This document shows, piece after piece, positions 36,201 through 47,689 of a DNA stretch of 64,000 bases (positions are counted from its first letter, which is position 1; every line of letters begins with the position of its first letter). The DNA comes from Podarcis muralis (taxonomy: Eukaryota). A program made the translations under genes and the position numbers. The notes beneath the pieces were generated by a model, which searched no databases, was not told the origin of the DNA, and was given only the letters and a program-made list of their open reading frames with translations. The DNA is taken from assembly GCF_964188315.1 (NCBI RefSeq), contig NC_135667.1, positions 25,854,001-25,918,000 of the forward strand, read 5' to 3'.

Positions 36201-39200
36201 ATGAAGAACCTCTGGCTCACTAGCAGGCAACCCTCCCCAGGTCACATCGCCCAAGTGCTTTCCCCTGGCTAGAATGTGTTCTTAAACTCTCATAATGTCT
36301 CAGCATGGCCTTTTCAGAGAGATGTTTATTTGGTAGTGTATGTAGAAACTTATAATTTTTAAATAGGTGGATATAGTTCTTTTAATGTCCTAAATAAGGA
36401 AATATCTATCCAAATGAAAAGAGTCCCTTAAAGATAATACCTAGCCCCCTTTCCTGAAATCAGTTCATGAAATAAGTTATTTATTTATTGGGGGACAGGA
36501 AAAATAAAACATATACAGTGGTACCTTGGGTTACATACGCTTCAGGTTACATACGCTTCAGGTTACAGACTCCACTAACCCAGTTTCAGGTTAAGAACGG
36601 ACCTCTGGAACGAATTAAGTACGTAACCAGGGGTACCACTGTAATAGGAATTCAACCTAGTTAGAACAGGAATATAATAATGTTTTTGAAAAGATTCATG
36701 GAATAATAAAACATCCTATGGGATTTTATGAAAACTAAATTTGAAAGGGAGTTAGATGACTTCAATGCCTTTGAAAAAATTGAGTCAAAACATCAAATGC
36801 CTCAGAGCTGTGTCTCACCTGATTAAAAACATTATGCCACACAATTTGATCATCATTTATGCTTAATTCTTTTCCTAAAGGTGCCTGAGGATCCAGTCTT
36901 CCAACTTTGACCCTAAACAATGAGCCATTCGGGGAAATAATCCAGTTTGTTACATCAAAACCTGTAACTAACTCTCCATTATCATCAAAACACACTGAAT
37001 CCCCAGCACTATTGTTGAACAAAATGGACCTTAGAAAATGATGGACCTAGATAGAAAGAAAGTGAAGACTGTTTCAAAATTCTTCAACAATGTATGTGGT
37101 GACTTCATCCATTGGGCGATCATGTTTTGTTCTTGAATTGGAAACCTTATATGATTATTTGATATTTCTAATTATCATTACTTTCCTTTATCTCCAGGTT
37201 GGTGGGTGATTTTGAATTGAAATAGCAATATTTTATCATGGGAGCATCGATACTTATCATAATGGATTTCCAAAAGGAGAAGAAAAACATGAAAGGCAAT
37301 GAAAACGAATAGAGGCACAGGAATTGTCTCATGCAGACATAAAATTCCCTATTTTTCTGGATGAAAACATAGACTTTTAAAAATGTTTGGTTGTAATTAC
37401 CTGCCATGGTTGCACATTCTGAAAAAATAGTTTCTGTTGTTCTCCCAACCTTCTACTTTTGGAATTGGATTCGTAAACGGCTTGCAAAGCATGGGCCACA
37501 GCATGGACAGCATTGTAAACATTGTAGCTGTGGCCAGTCATTTCCATTTCAAACAAGGTCCCAGGAAGACTCTCCACCTTCTCTCCTCCAGAGCAGTATT
37601 TCCTTTCCTGATGCTGCCCATTAGACATTTGTAATGAACAGTTGAATGCCTGTTCCCAAAAGTCCTGGATAAAACCATCTCCTTTGGCCCATGAAGGTCT
37701 TAGCATCTGAAGGAAATTTTGGAATCCCAATGGTTGATTTGAATGAACCGTGAAGGATATGGAACCATGGAAGGTTTGTAAATCCCAAATCTTTTGAATA
37801 GAGTGTGATGCAAAATCCCAGTGGGATGTAATAATCCACACTTTACCCAGAGGGGGCAAGTCCGCCAAGGGTGCTAGAAACAACATCATTCTTAGAACTT
37901 GAAAGGATGGAGGTTCCCCATATACAAAAAATACATTGGCCTTTTTTTCAAAGACAATGATATAAGCATCCATGTGCTTAAAAAACCAGTCTAGCATCTC
38001 ATCCATATAACTCCATTTTGGTATGTTTACTATGAAGTCATAACAGATGCCATTCTGGGTAAGCATTGGCACTATTGTCTGTAAAAACCTGTTCCCTTTG
38101 TCATCATCCACGGCAAAAAGCCCAACCCAGGTCCATCTGAAATGCTGAAGTAACTGGACAAGTCCTTTGTGCTGCTGGGCTTCATTGGGCACCATCTGGT
38201 ACAAGAATGGGAATAGCATTCTTGTACTTTGTACTGGTAAAAATGATCCGTAAGTGAGCTGTAATGAAACCCATGAATATTTCTCAAACAGATTACAAGA
38301 GAATAGTAAATCTAGTTCAACATCCTTTTGAAAACCAGAATCACAGTTTCTGCAATCAATGGCTGTTTAATTTGCCCTATTATTGAAGTATTTTTACTCC
38401 CAGTGTTGGACCTTAAGCAAGTACTACTTTTGCAGCAGTACTGAATGAATCTTTGACCTCTTCTATGTGGCAACAGTTTCATTCTTTGAAGAGTGTTGCA
38501 ATATTCTGCCTCAAACTCATTTTCAAGAGCCTGAACATACCAATTTCTTTCAACCTTTCCTTATATGATGTGTTTTCCATACTCCTGACCATATTCATTG
38601 TCCTCCTCTGAACCTATTCTGAAATGAGTGCATTCTTATTTAAGTGTGGCAACAGTGGTCAACATGAAGTCTTACTAGCTAAAGCTACATAGATGGGCCT
38701 TTACTACTTTCAGTTCAGGCTAATCTGGTATTTATCTATTTACAGCCACATCACAAAATCTCACATAAATCTGCTTTCTGATCAGCTGAAATCTTGGGAG
38801 AATGATTTCACATGTCATACTGGTAAGGATGCGGGGGGGGGGGTAATTAATTTCACATTTACAGCTAAATCCATTTAAAATGTATATGAGAATCGAAACA
38901 AAGCCATTCTCAAACCAAACAATGTTTATAAACAAGCATATATAATAGGAAAGTAAGAACAAAAATAGGATATCAATGCAAACAGTATAAAAACTGCATT
39001 ATATTAGGAGAAATTGCTTGCAAAAATGAACATTAGTCACAGCTGCATACAAAAGTGTGTTTATTAGGAGAAATTAACACATTAAAAACGTTAAAATGAG
39101 AGGATTTTGTCTAAAGAAATGCAATTTGCTGCAGAAATGTGCAGAACTGAATTTAGGATTGGGAAAATGGGAATCTGAGCAAATCAAAATGGACAGCTCT

Positions 39201-41906
39201 TTCCACCCCCAGCCTAGTGGCAAGCCATGTTTCCTGCATCCTATGGGTGTGCAAATGGGTGTTGTTGCTTGCCTAAACATTTGATTTGTCTCCTTTGATT
39301 TCATTTCCCTCCCAAGTTTTTCATTGCAATAACATCATTGTGATTTTATTTCTGTGTTCTTCAGTTCTTCTTCTCAGTGATACTAGTTCCCTCAGCTTCA
39401 GGGTGTATAAACACCAATTTAGGTAACTTTCCCCCCTTGCTGCAACCAGTTCACTCAAATGCTTTCAAAACATCCTATTACTAGTATGTATAGTAGGCTT
39501 AGGGATAAGATAGACACCAATGCTGGAGGCAGAATGAACTTTAAGCTAAATATTCTCTTGTGGTTCTTTTTGAGGGTTTCTGAAGTATCGGGAGACACCA
39601 TTCCTGACACTAGCCTCTAAGTGGCTTTTACCTCAGGACAAATTCCCTGATTTCAATTCCAGGCAAATATATCCACAGCCCAGTCCAGCTACTGGGGACA
39701 ATCTGCCCTAAGAGCTCCTCTGATTGTATTTCTGCTTGCTTGGACAGTTTAAACAATTTCAGATACTCAAATACAAGCAAGTATTTACCCTGGGCAGCTT
39801 CTCAGATCAACTCAGCTGCTGGCTTCCTACTCCTGATCTGCACCAACAGATTTTAATAACACACTGGGTATTAACATACAGGCCTCAGCTTTCCCTTCAA
39901 TTACTCTCTACCCTTATTTATCACACTGACCTCTTCAGCTCCCTCAATTGTCAAAACTAGAAGTGCAGACTAAATTTTCTTGATCCATGACCCATATAAT
40001 ATAATCTTAAAAGTAATTCCCTCTAGCTACACAGGAAACAATGTCTCTATGCAGGCAACATCCCACACTGACTCTGTTCAAGTGAGTTTGTGCTGTGATA
40101 ATGCTGCTTGCCTTCTAGTGGTGAAAATACTGGTGTGTTCTGGGGGTGTAAAAACTGCTTGGTTTTATGTGTCTGGAATATAATGGAATGTCCATAGGTA
40201 AAAGTCACATCTCCTGTTCAATGCCCACTTTCGTCTCTGTACTTACACCCCTGTCATTCACCCCTGCAAATTTCTCTTTAAGTGAAAAAATGTACCTGCC
40301 CATCAGCTGCCCATGATCCAAAAGATCATCAACACTTTTTTCTCAAATCATGGTGGTGTTTACAGCCATATTGCAAAGCTCACAAGTATCTCATTTTCAT
40401 AAAACTATGCACACAGGTTACCTGTGGTGTCTTGTGGATTGCTGAAATGATGGCCACATTGGCAGAGATTTCAGAGACACATCCTCCAACAACAGCGACC
40501 AGTTTGTTCTGATTTTGACATTTGAAGTTAGGAGAAAATCTTTGTTGTTGTATAAGGGTGGCCTTATAGGTCATGCTAGCAGTGTAGCTATTAAGAATGT
40601 GGAATCCCAGGGAAATGTTTGGTAAGATATTGGGGTTCTCATTTATCTCTTTTACAGCAAAGGCTAAGGCCAGGATGTGCTGGTAGTCCTTAGGCACCGA
40701 ACTGCAATGTAAGTTACAGCTTTTTAATAAAACAACAGTGACAGAAGCAATGAAAAACACATTTGTATTCTTCATTCCTCATCCACACCCATTCAAGACT
40801 GCCGTGAAGCTAAAAGGAAACAAACTCAAAATGAAATGAAAATAAAGTATCTCAGTTGAGCAACTAAATGCTCAAATTGTTTTGGGATCATACTTTTTGT
40901 TAACAAACTGCTGCCTGCTGTTGCTGTAGTATTTCCCATTGCCTACCAGCAACAATGGCAACCAGGTAAACAAGCTGTAAGTAACCCAATGTATATAGAC
41001 CATATATTCTCTATTTGTAGATTATATTATATTTTAAATGAATAATTATTTAATATGTTCTGGAGCCTTTTTTAATTTACAACAGCATAAACGAAGAACA
41101 GAGCAATACAAACAATGAAGCTCCAAGACCAAACTTGAGAACACTCATCACAGATATCAAATTCCACCTTAGTGATGAAAATCATTATCTCCCTTAATGT
41201 ATTTTCACCATATGCATATAGGATTTCACATTAGTTTAAATTATGCATTTTGTGGATTCATAGCTATATATATTGCTTAGGTCATCAACAATTTTATATG
41301 TATAAATGCGGAAGAGTATGTCAGGGACAGCATGTTTAAATCAAAAAGTTTTTTTACCGATCTTAAATGTGAAATACACTATAATACAATGTCATATTCC
41401 TCCTTGAGCATATTCCTCCATTGTGCAGAAGAAAAGATAAACCAAACAGGTCCATTCATTTCATTGGCAGTTGTAAGGGAAAGTTTATTATTATCTTGTG
41501 CCCAGCAATATCACATAGAAGGCAAAATATTTATTAACAACTCCAAGCATTGCCAACATGCTGCTTTTCACAACCATAATAAATAAATGCAGTATTCCTT
41601 AAATATGTGTTCCTGGTAAATATGGTCTTTACATATTACCAAAAAAAAATGTGTGTGAGAGAGAAGGGAGAGCAAGGTGATGGTGTCTTACATAGGTTCA
41701 TCAGTCACAATCTGTGTAGGTGGTTCAATTAGAGAAGGTACATTATAGAGAAAGAGGACTTGAGAAACCATCCCACCAATAACAAGATCCCCTGGCTGGT
41801 AAAATTCATGAAGAATAGGGAGTGGATCATCACGTATGCTGCAATTAATGAAATGTGGCTTGCATACAGTATGGCACAACAGTATAAGCAGCAAAACTAT
41901 CACCAT
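26351..41906 (-). CDS. Intact six-exon vomeronasal type-2 receptor (class C GPCR), 870 aa
   Basis: Exons 41692-41906, 40422-40701, 37401-38258, 36819-37046, 35565-35691 and 26351-27255. All GT-AG with phases 2,0,0,0,1; total 2613 nt, open. Signal peptide, VFT, cysteine-rich and 7TM motifs present. Confidence 0.92.
27822..27919 (+). promoter_or_regulatory. Putative Pol II promoter of the element
   Basis: CCAAT at 27860, GGGCGG GC-box after it, TATTTAA at 27893, enclosed by inverted arms at 27822-27839 and 27904-27919. Confidence 0.6.
28805..29016. repeat. 78-bp tandem repeat (about 3 copies) in the element leader
   Basis: cgccattttg at 28811, 28889 and 28967. Each unit also has ccacgtgg and agccattttg. 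Confidence 0.9.
29275..29446. repeat. 80-bp tandem duplication in the element leader
   Basis: Unit starts cagttaagtgacgtgc at 29275 and 29355. The second copy has an extra 10-bp gttaattata. Confidence 0.9.
29945..31465 (+). CDS. ORF1, Gag-like, 506 aa, with C-terminal CCCH/CCHC-like finger
   Basis: First ATG in good Kozak context (gcaATGg). Basic and acidic low-complexity N-half; C-terminal [32 protein letters not shown]. Confidence 0.85.
   Translation: MASGGEQQPSTSGNQSAAAASSGGAQMVSMSCNPQAFDQLFRAFESFYRQCRPGPGAPPAPEQSQDVIPDTPPANQGQQGIPLAAVASAQPGTPTASRPNTRAQSVLARKAVQGGSKGKAPAKHGGKGKTPAKGANVIPLSQTSGIPSVFQKQQPLHSSTEDSAGSGSDEDRVEPQPPQPVAETSAAAADTQGGKRKSKKKHISAKKKRSKQSDTEEDTGTSSSDSDDEALMDGYWGQGGNNHGIPLWAHERRANSHRKTFSGVLEWKDGALVEDVKVATNQPTDFILGNHLSQKKRNKILNGDYVDMFTLLPPAKLMEKGEKRRSYGKRRYRTPRAERNFENWLDGYQIFMGVVCAAYPRRSMDLVAYMAHVRRARALAGENAALTYDENFRRNASLLPATRWDLTDPNYWGEDVNPYIDKKNLDTARVGKTEVKRRRQCWEFNRGVCSRPLCKYLHECERCWGNHPASACFKGKQQPFRGGRGYFNGNARGAPGSSHQGPGNRL
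31317..33137 (+). CDS. ORF2, reverse transcriptase/RNase H of DIRS/Ngaro type, 606 aa
   Basis: [39 protein letters not shown]; RNase H SDAAG, FLEFFP, NTDN, IADALS. Overlaps ORF1 in the +1 frame. Confidence 0.93.
   Translation: MSANVAGVTTPLLPALKVSSSPFVGAGGTSTATPGVPPDPPTRDQVTACNTGTVTLVAPTDLPISEQLTPSNLDLGLAFSPIRLQPLKSLLEIYPERKAAQYLWEGFSKGFRIPVAVPPNSREPQNQKSVRERPDIARKKIEKEIRAGRVAGPFDEPPFEGLHLSPLGIVPKKAPGEFRMIHNLSYPRGASVNDAIPQELCSVKYASFDQAVKMIRRFGQGASLAKCDIESAFRLLPVRPDDFRWLGFKFEGAYFIDKVMPMGCSVACAAFESFSTFLDWALRHRTGSSGVSHYLDDFILAADSRPRCSALLKAFTDLAGELGVPLAADKTEGPATSMVYLGIELDTVAQTSRLPKDKLLALKAMILQLLPLRKVTLRQIQSLLGHLNFACRVVAPGLPFCNRLARLSAGLKAPQHRVRLSKEVKADLGVWLQFLEKYNGISLWQDSMALNTDFQVQSDAAGSLGFGVYFKGQWCARKWPTEWRGQPITRDLTFLEFFPIVVAVHLWAEQFSNHRVCFNTDNQAVVAVLARQSVRSTRVGNLLRAFVLLCLERNIYFSAKFVPGVNNDIADALSLFQMERFRSLAPDAEQSSMPFPEHLWRIGREK
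33137..34027 (+). CDS. ORF3, tyrosine recombinase, 296 aa
   Basis: Complete R-K-H-R-W-Y set: ALRIGE, SSKTDQ, HSFR, GRWRS, YKTY. Confidence 0.93.
   Translation: MKGVFGAVAPSTMRSYKKAWADFLIFRSKAPGARPYAAPSTREVLHYLAHLKELGRAPKTLNIQSAGISYFCKAFFTTDPCAAFIVRKTLEGWRRQHPPSADGRRPLTYDILSQIHKALRTVCWSKYEARLFSAAFSISFFGALRIGEVVCEGGVTHAQRGILLSDITLSRSDLIIRVRSSKTDQQGKGALLRLPAAQDKGPCPVRDARRFLYLRPKNPGPLFIHADGSRLARQQFTRVMRMALTACGLPAAEFAAHSFRIGAATTAVHLGLSTERIKEMGRWRSNAYKTYVRNNV
34077..34651 (+). CDS. ORF4, SGNH/GDSL hydrolase domain, no own ATG
   Basis: Blocks I GHS, II RRGM, III QLGEND and V DGVHLS. In frame with ORF3; preceded by a polypyrimidine tract and CAG at 34074-34076. Confidence 0.88.
34974..34979 (+). terminator. 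Polyadenylation signal of the YR element
   Basis: AATAAA followed by a GT-rich stretch (tgtgtcttgtgtcttt). The same motif block is seen in three relics. Confidence 0.65.
35565..35691 (-). CDS. V2R exon 5 (cysteine-rich)
   Basis: [36 protein letters not shown]; ag|gtg acceptor and aag|gtggga donor. Confidence 0.93.
36516..36641. mobile_element. Tigger/pogo-type MITE, 126 bp
   Basis: TIR cagtggtacc...ggtaccactg (about 23 bp, imperfect); TA on both flanks. Confidence 0.85.
36819..37046 (-). CDS. V2R exon 4
   Basis: [26 protein letters not shown]...VWHNVFNQ; 228 nt, phase 0/0. Confidence 0.92.
37401..38258 (-). CDS. V2R exon 3
   Basis: LTYGSF...FLYQMVPNE...FRWTWVGL...[11 protein letters not shown]...QPWQ; 858 nt. 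Confidence 0.93.
38950..39250. repeat. Interspersed AT-rich repeat; a related copy in opposite orientation lies at about 51215-51560
   Basis: Shared aggagaaatt/aatttctcct blocks and similar flanking motifs. Family not assigned. Confidence 0.45.
40422..40701 (-). CDS. V2R exon 2
   Basis: [28 protein letters not shown]...KTPQ; 280 nt, phase 2/0. Confidence 0.92.
41692..41906 (-). CDS. V2R exon 1 (signal peptide)
   Basis: [16 protein letters not shown]...[13 protein letters not shown]; donor cctat|gtaag. Confidence 0.88.
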
Positions 41907-43424
41907 GATGATCCTGTTGACAAAAAATCCCTTCCAAATTTCAATTCCCATGGTACCCTCTACAGCATTGCATGTGGTTTTTAAAGGTTCAGTAGGTACG
42001 GCCTCAATCAAATAGTAGATAATACTATGGCTGCACTGATTTTCAACTTCGCCTGCTATAGAATGAGTATGCCAGATTGTTCTAGTTCTATCCTTTGTTT
42101 TCTAGTTCAGGGGTTCTCAAATTATTGTTTGTGGACCACCAGTGGTCTACATGCTCCGTTCAGGCTGTCCAACAGCATGTTTGTGAAGAACATTTACAAT
42201 TTGAATTTTATACAATAAAATACAAGATTCAAAATGAAAAAGCAATAAATTACTCTTAAAATTATGCAACCTAAGCATCTTAAAATTGCTGCAAAAGGAA
42301 GACCATTAAGTGGTCTGCAAAGAACCTCAACAAGTTTTATGTGGTCCGTGGCAGGAGAACTGTTCTAGTTAATATTGTTCATCTGTTTCTCTCTTTGAAC
42401 TGGATCAATAATAAGTTAGTGGAATGTGACTCCTGCTGATATCAATAGGACTCATAAAGTCTACATCCAAGTCTAAAGCTCCTCACTTTATTTGTATGTA
42501 TGTTGTTGTTATTTTTTGAAGAATAATTAGCTTCTGAAAAATATCCTAATATAAAAGAGAGATAATCTAACGGAAGAATGACAGAGCCCTGGTTCTACCT
42601 AGATCTAATTCTGAAGAATACAAGTGTTTTATAGCTTTACTTCAGACACTTGCTAACATGTGCTAAATGTCAATTACATAAACTAGCAATTTTGACAGAT
42701 ATGATTATCATTCCCCAGTGTGTTGCTGACTTCTGAAGTTCTGTCATGCATAACAAAACTGCTAGAAGATCTTTCCCAAATATTGTTTTCCCCATTTATT
42801 TTTACTGATAGTTAATTTAATTAGTAAGAATCTTTATCAATGCAGTACTTAAAATGTTCATGATGTTTACATAAGAATGGGTTGGGAGTGTTTCCTGGCC
42901 GAAGAAGCTGATACTCTAAATGTTGTGTACTGTATGTATCTGGGAATAGGCTGGATATGAAGTTGTTAATACGATGCTAAGAAAATGCAGAAGGAAGAAA
43001 ACACACGACTCAGGAATCTTTGAAAGTTACTATGTTTGGCTTGGCCCAGGTCCTTCAGTATAAATTGCTATTTAAACTATATTGATTGCTATGGTATATT
43101 TCAATCATTGGTGTTCAGATGAAATTAATTTACCGGTAACTTGTATTTTCGTTTCATGTGGCTATATCTTATCATTGCTTTTGTACTTGTAAACCATTTA
43201 GAAGTTTTTTGAGTCACTGATCATAGGGATGGCGATATATGCAACCAAACACACACATATGGAGAAATTATTTCCAAGCCAATTATTTTTTAAGGACCCT
43301 CAAAACAAGGAATCATATCACTTATAATTGCGTCTTCATTCGAGTTAGCATTACCCTGAACAGTTAAGTAGGAAAGGCTCCATTCAAATGCAAGAGGTGT
43401 TAGCAATCTAAAGTGAGAACCAAA

Positions 43425-44622
43425 TTAAAATGAAATGTTTCTGGCGAAACTCTGCATACAAGAATTGAAGGACAGACATTTGCTTAAGCAAGTACCCATA
43501 GCTGAATTATTATGACATCCCTCCCACCAGCATTTCCAATGAACTACATACACAAACAGAAAGAAACATATGCACTCATGTTCTTTTACTTTTTTTCTGC
43601 TGATTAGTTGTTCCCTGGTGTTCAGCTCAGGTGTGAATATAATAATGTAGCATTTTGGGGAAAAGATGCAAGCCAGTAATCCAGCACCAGAAGACAAGAT
43701 GGAAAAGATCTCCACAGCTACCATGTATTTTCCTTTGGTGCTCAGATAGGTGGGAACAAAGGACAACCAAACACTACAAAACACCAGCAAGCTGAAAGTG
43801 ATAAATTTGGCCTCACTGAAACTGTCAGGTAGCTTCCTGCCAAGAAAAGCCAAGATGAAGCTGACAATGGCCAGCAAACCCATATAGACTAAGACACCAT
43901 AAAACATGGCCACTGAACCCTCATTACACTCTGGTATGATTTCCCCATGCAGTGAGTGCATATCCATATCTGGGAATGGAGGGGATGTACTTAACCAAAG
44001 AGTACCTATGCAAGCCTGAATACAGGAGCAGAAAAGGACAATAGAATTTGTCAGCCTTTTCCCTATTCAGAAAGCAGCACCGTCCTTTATTATATATTAA
44101 TTTAAGTAATTTATAACCTGCTCTTTATTGAAATAAGGTTATGAAAATCAATTAAATGAAACAATATTAAAAGCACAGTATATTGTTGAAATGTAAGATG
44201 GTCCATTGGAAAAAGTTTATTTTGGATACCCTATTCACACAGGAAACATCTAGGAAAGACTTTCAGTGACAGTGGAACTACCTGGCAAGGCATCTTCACA
44301 CCAACCCTGTGAGGTTTCTTAGACTGAGAGATAGTGATGGACACAAATTTACTCAGTCCCACACTCTAAACTTTTAATGATTAATAGTTAAGTTTTCTAG
44401 TTTTGGTTTAAAGTTTTGTATTGTAAAACATCTCCCTATACATTCAAGGGTTTACACTTCATGTTGTGTTATTAAAATGCAAATAAGATAATTGTGTAAG
44501 TTATTCCTCCCACCTTTATACTTAGATATCCTCCCTTCTGGACATGGAGTACAATTATAGCAGCAAAATTTCTTTCCTTCCTTCTTTTTCCTGCTGTACC
44601 CAGGATAGCAGTAGTAATTTCA
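43425..44622 (-). pseudogene. V2R pseudogene: partial exon 5, part of intron 5, and 3' half of exon 6 fused by a deletion
   Basis: 43580-44066 is very similar to 26350-26830; 44067-44513 matches 35089-35564; 44514-44622 matches exon 5. The exon 6 acceptor and exons 1-4 are missing. Confidence 0.9.
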
Positions 44623-44756
44623 CTCTGTGCTCCAGCATATAGTCAACATCCGCGTAACAACACTGTTTATTGCTCTTCCCTTGCCTCACCACTGGGAGGA
44701 GATGAAATTGCAGACCTGTGAGTTCTCTTCTTATAGATTTTCTTTTTTAGCCTTTT

Positions 44757-45113
44757 AAAGGTAAAGGTACCCCTGCCCGTACAGGCCAGTCTTGACAGAC
44801 TCTGGGGTTGTGCGCCCATCTCACTCAAGAGGCCGGGGGCCAGCGCTGTCCAAAGACACTTCCGGGTCACGTGGCCAGCGTGACATCGCTGCTCTGGCGA
44901 GCCAGAGCCGCACACGGAAACGCCGTTTACCTTCCCGCTAGAAACGGTCCCTATTTATCTACTTGCACCCGGGGGTGCTTTCGAACTGCTAGGTTGGCAG
45001 GTGCTGGGACCGAGCAACGGGAGTGCACCCCGCCGCGGGGATTCGAACCGCCGACCTTTCGATCGGCAAGCCCTAGGCGCTGAGGCTTTTACCCACAGCG
45101 CCACCCGTGTCCC
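44757..45113 (-). mobile_element. Sauria SINE, full length
   Basis: Colinear with 11994-12357; (ACCTTT)2 tail. Confidence 0.92.
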
Positions 45114-45964
45114 TTGTTTGGCCTAAATCTCTCCTTAAGCGCTCTTACAGTTACTTCACTGCAACCTTCGTTTCCTCCCTCCTCAGCATAATTTCATATA
45201 CTCACCCCCTCTTCTGCCCCCATCTTCATACCTCTTTTTGTTTGGTCACTATCCAAGTCAGATCCTCTCAAACCTTTTGCTGGCTTGTCTCTTACTCTCT
45301 TGCCTGCACAGCATTCCTCAATCCTGAGTGTCATTTTATCTCCCAGCTGCATTTTTATCACCCAACTAAAAAAATGTGTTTGTTCTCATAATCCACTGCT
45401 GCACTTCCAGGTTGCCAAGCTTGGTGTCTGCATGTTTCTCCTCTCTAGCATCTCCCTGCACCCACCATGACTGCTCTCCTGCTTCACAGTTGTCCATGGC
45501 TACTAACCACAATTATTATTTTCTTCATCCAATTTCAGAGGCAGTGTGCATCTGAATACTACTTGCTTGGAATTAAATGAAGCACGCTGTTGCAGTCACC
45601 CTGTGAACCCCAATTAAATGTGCAGCCAGGAAGGGTAGCAGGGCTCAGTGTTCAATCCTGGTGGATAAAGCTTTACCAGCATGTTCCATGTGCTACCACA
45701 TGGAAGCACCAGCAGGGCAGGCCCTGCAGAATCTGCCTTCCTCTCTTTCTCCACCCCCCCACTGTACCCTGACAACCCAGCCCTCCTGCCTTTTGACAGC
45801 ACAGACCCCTCCAAGTCAGCAAACCTGAGATAATGTTAATCAGAAGTTGCTTGTTGCATATGCAAAAGGTTGATAAAAATGTGCCCCTTGCATCAAAATA
45901 CAGTCTTGTGTTTTATTCCAGTGGGAGCACACTGATATGAATGATATGGGTGTTGTACCAGGAT

Positions 45965-46922
45965 TGGGGGACTAAGGGTTCAAATCCCCACTCAGCCATG
46001 AAGCACAGTAAGTGACCTCAGATCAGTTATCAAATCAGAACCAGTGAAGGCAGGGAAGGTCCTGTGTGAGTGCCTGGAGGTGGTTGGAGGATGGATGGCG
46101 GCTAATGGATTGAGGTTGAATCCTGACAAGACAGAAGAACTGTTTTGGGGGGACAGGGGGCGGGCTGGTGTGGAGGACTCCCTGGTCCTGAATGGGGTAA
46201 CTGCGCCTCTGAAGGACCAGGTGCGCAGCCTGGGAGTCATTTTGGACTCACAGCTGTCCATGGAGGCGCAGGTCAATTCTGTATCCAGGACAGCTGTCTA
46301 CTAGCTCCACCTGGTACGCAGGCTGAGACCCTACCTGCCCACGGACTGTCCCACCAGAGTGGTGCATGCTCTAGTCATCTCCCGCTTGGACTACTGCAAT
46401 GCACTCTACGTGGGGCAACCTTTGAAGGTGACCCGGAAACTACAACTAATCCAGAATGCGGCAGCTAGACTGGTGACTGGGGGCGGCCGCCGAGACCATA
46501 TAACACCGGTCTTGAAAGACCTACATTGGCTCCCAGTACGTTTCCGAGCACAATTCAAAGTGTTGGTGCTGACCTTTAAAGCCCTAAATGGCCTCGGCCC
46601 AGTATACCTGAAGGAGCGTCTCCACCCCCATTGTTCTGCCCGGACGCTGAGGTCCAGCGCCGAGGGCTTTCTGGCGGTTCCCTCATTGCAAGAAGCAAAG
46701 CTACAGGGAACCAGGCAGAGGGCCTTCTTGGTAGTGGCGCCCTCCCTGTGGAACGCCCTCCCATCAGATGTCAAAGCGATAAACAACTACCTGACATTCA
46801 GAAGACATCTTAAGGCAGCCCTGTTCAGGGAAGTTTGTAATGTGTGACATTTTAGGGTCTCTGTGGAAGCCGCCCAGAGTGGCTGGGGAGGCCTGGCCAG
46901 ATGGGCGGGGTACAAATGGTAA

Positions 46923-46969
<47 letters not shown>

Positions 46970-47050
46970 CTCTTAGCCTAACAGAGTTGTTGCAATGATG
47001 AAAAGGAGGGTGACATTCATGCGTGCCACCTTGAACTCCTTGGAGTATGA
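45965..47050 (+). mobile_element. CORE/MIR-like SINE split by an L2 insertion
   Basis: gggttcaaatccccactcagccatgaagc...cagttatc, then after the L2 tcttagcctaac...gccaccttgaactccttggag. Confidence 0.55.
46032..46970 (+). mobile_element. 5'-truncated L2 with (TTA)n tail
   Basis: ORFs 46044-46304 (LRLNPDKTE) and 46359-46847 (SRLDYCNALYVG) are separated by a premature TAG. ttatc at 46027-46031 and 46966-46970. Same subfamily as 1837-2550. Confidence 0.9.
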
Positions 47051-47645
47051 TATGGGTTGGGTTGTACTTTGCTTGCATTAATCCTGAGTAAATTACCTCA
47101 TTTATTTACGCATTTTCTCCCCTTGAGAGTAATTAACAGATCTCTTGTCCCTCCACTCACTGCATCCCCAGCGTATTGATTTTATACAAAGGGACTGCAT
47201 AAACAAGGTCTGCTATTGGGTATGAACGGCACCATACAACCACAACATCACCAGTTTTTCTGGAATACTGCTTTCCACTGGACACCATTGACTGAGAAGA
47301 ATAGCTGGAAAAGTTAATGCTTGGTCCCTAAAAAAAGATGCAAGTATAAAGTGTACTCTTTGTATTCTTAATTTCTACTTTCCTTCCTCCAGTCTTCTAA
47401 AAGGAAACACTCCAGTGCTGAGCAATTATGTTTGGGTAAATACTATTGAAATATGAGCTACATCCACACATTCCTGTGCTTGAGTCTAGTCAACTCCTGA
47501 TTTACGACGTCTATTTACAGTGGGTAAAATAGTTGTAAAAGGAGTGAGATATAGGACGGAAATTGGAGAAAGGTTAGAATAGTAGAAGATGGTCTGAAAT
47601 TGCTTCTGGACCGAATATAGGGATAGGGAACCCATGGCTGTCCAT

Positions 47646-47689
47646 ATTCATTCATTCATTCATTCATTCATTCATTCATTCATTCATTC
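47646..47689. repeat. (ATTC)n microsatellite
   Basis: About 11 units. Other SSRs: (AAT)n at 16197, (GT)n(GA)n at 17057, (TG)n(AG)n at 18770, (TC)n(AC)n at 21665. Confidence 0.95.
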
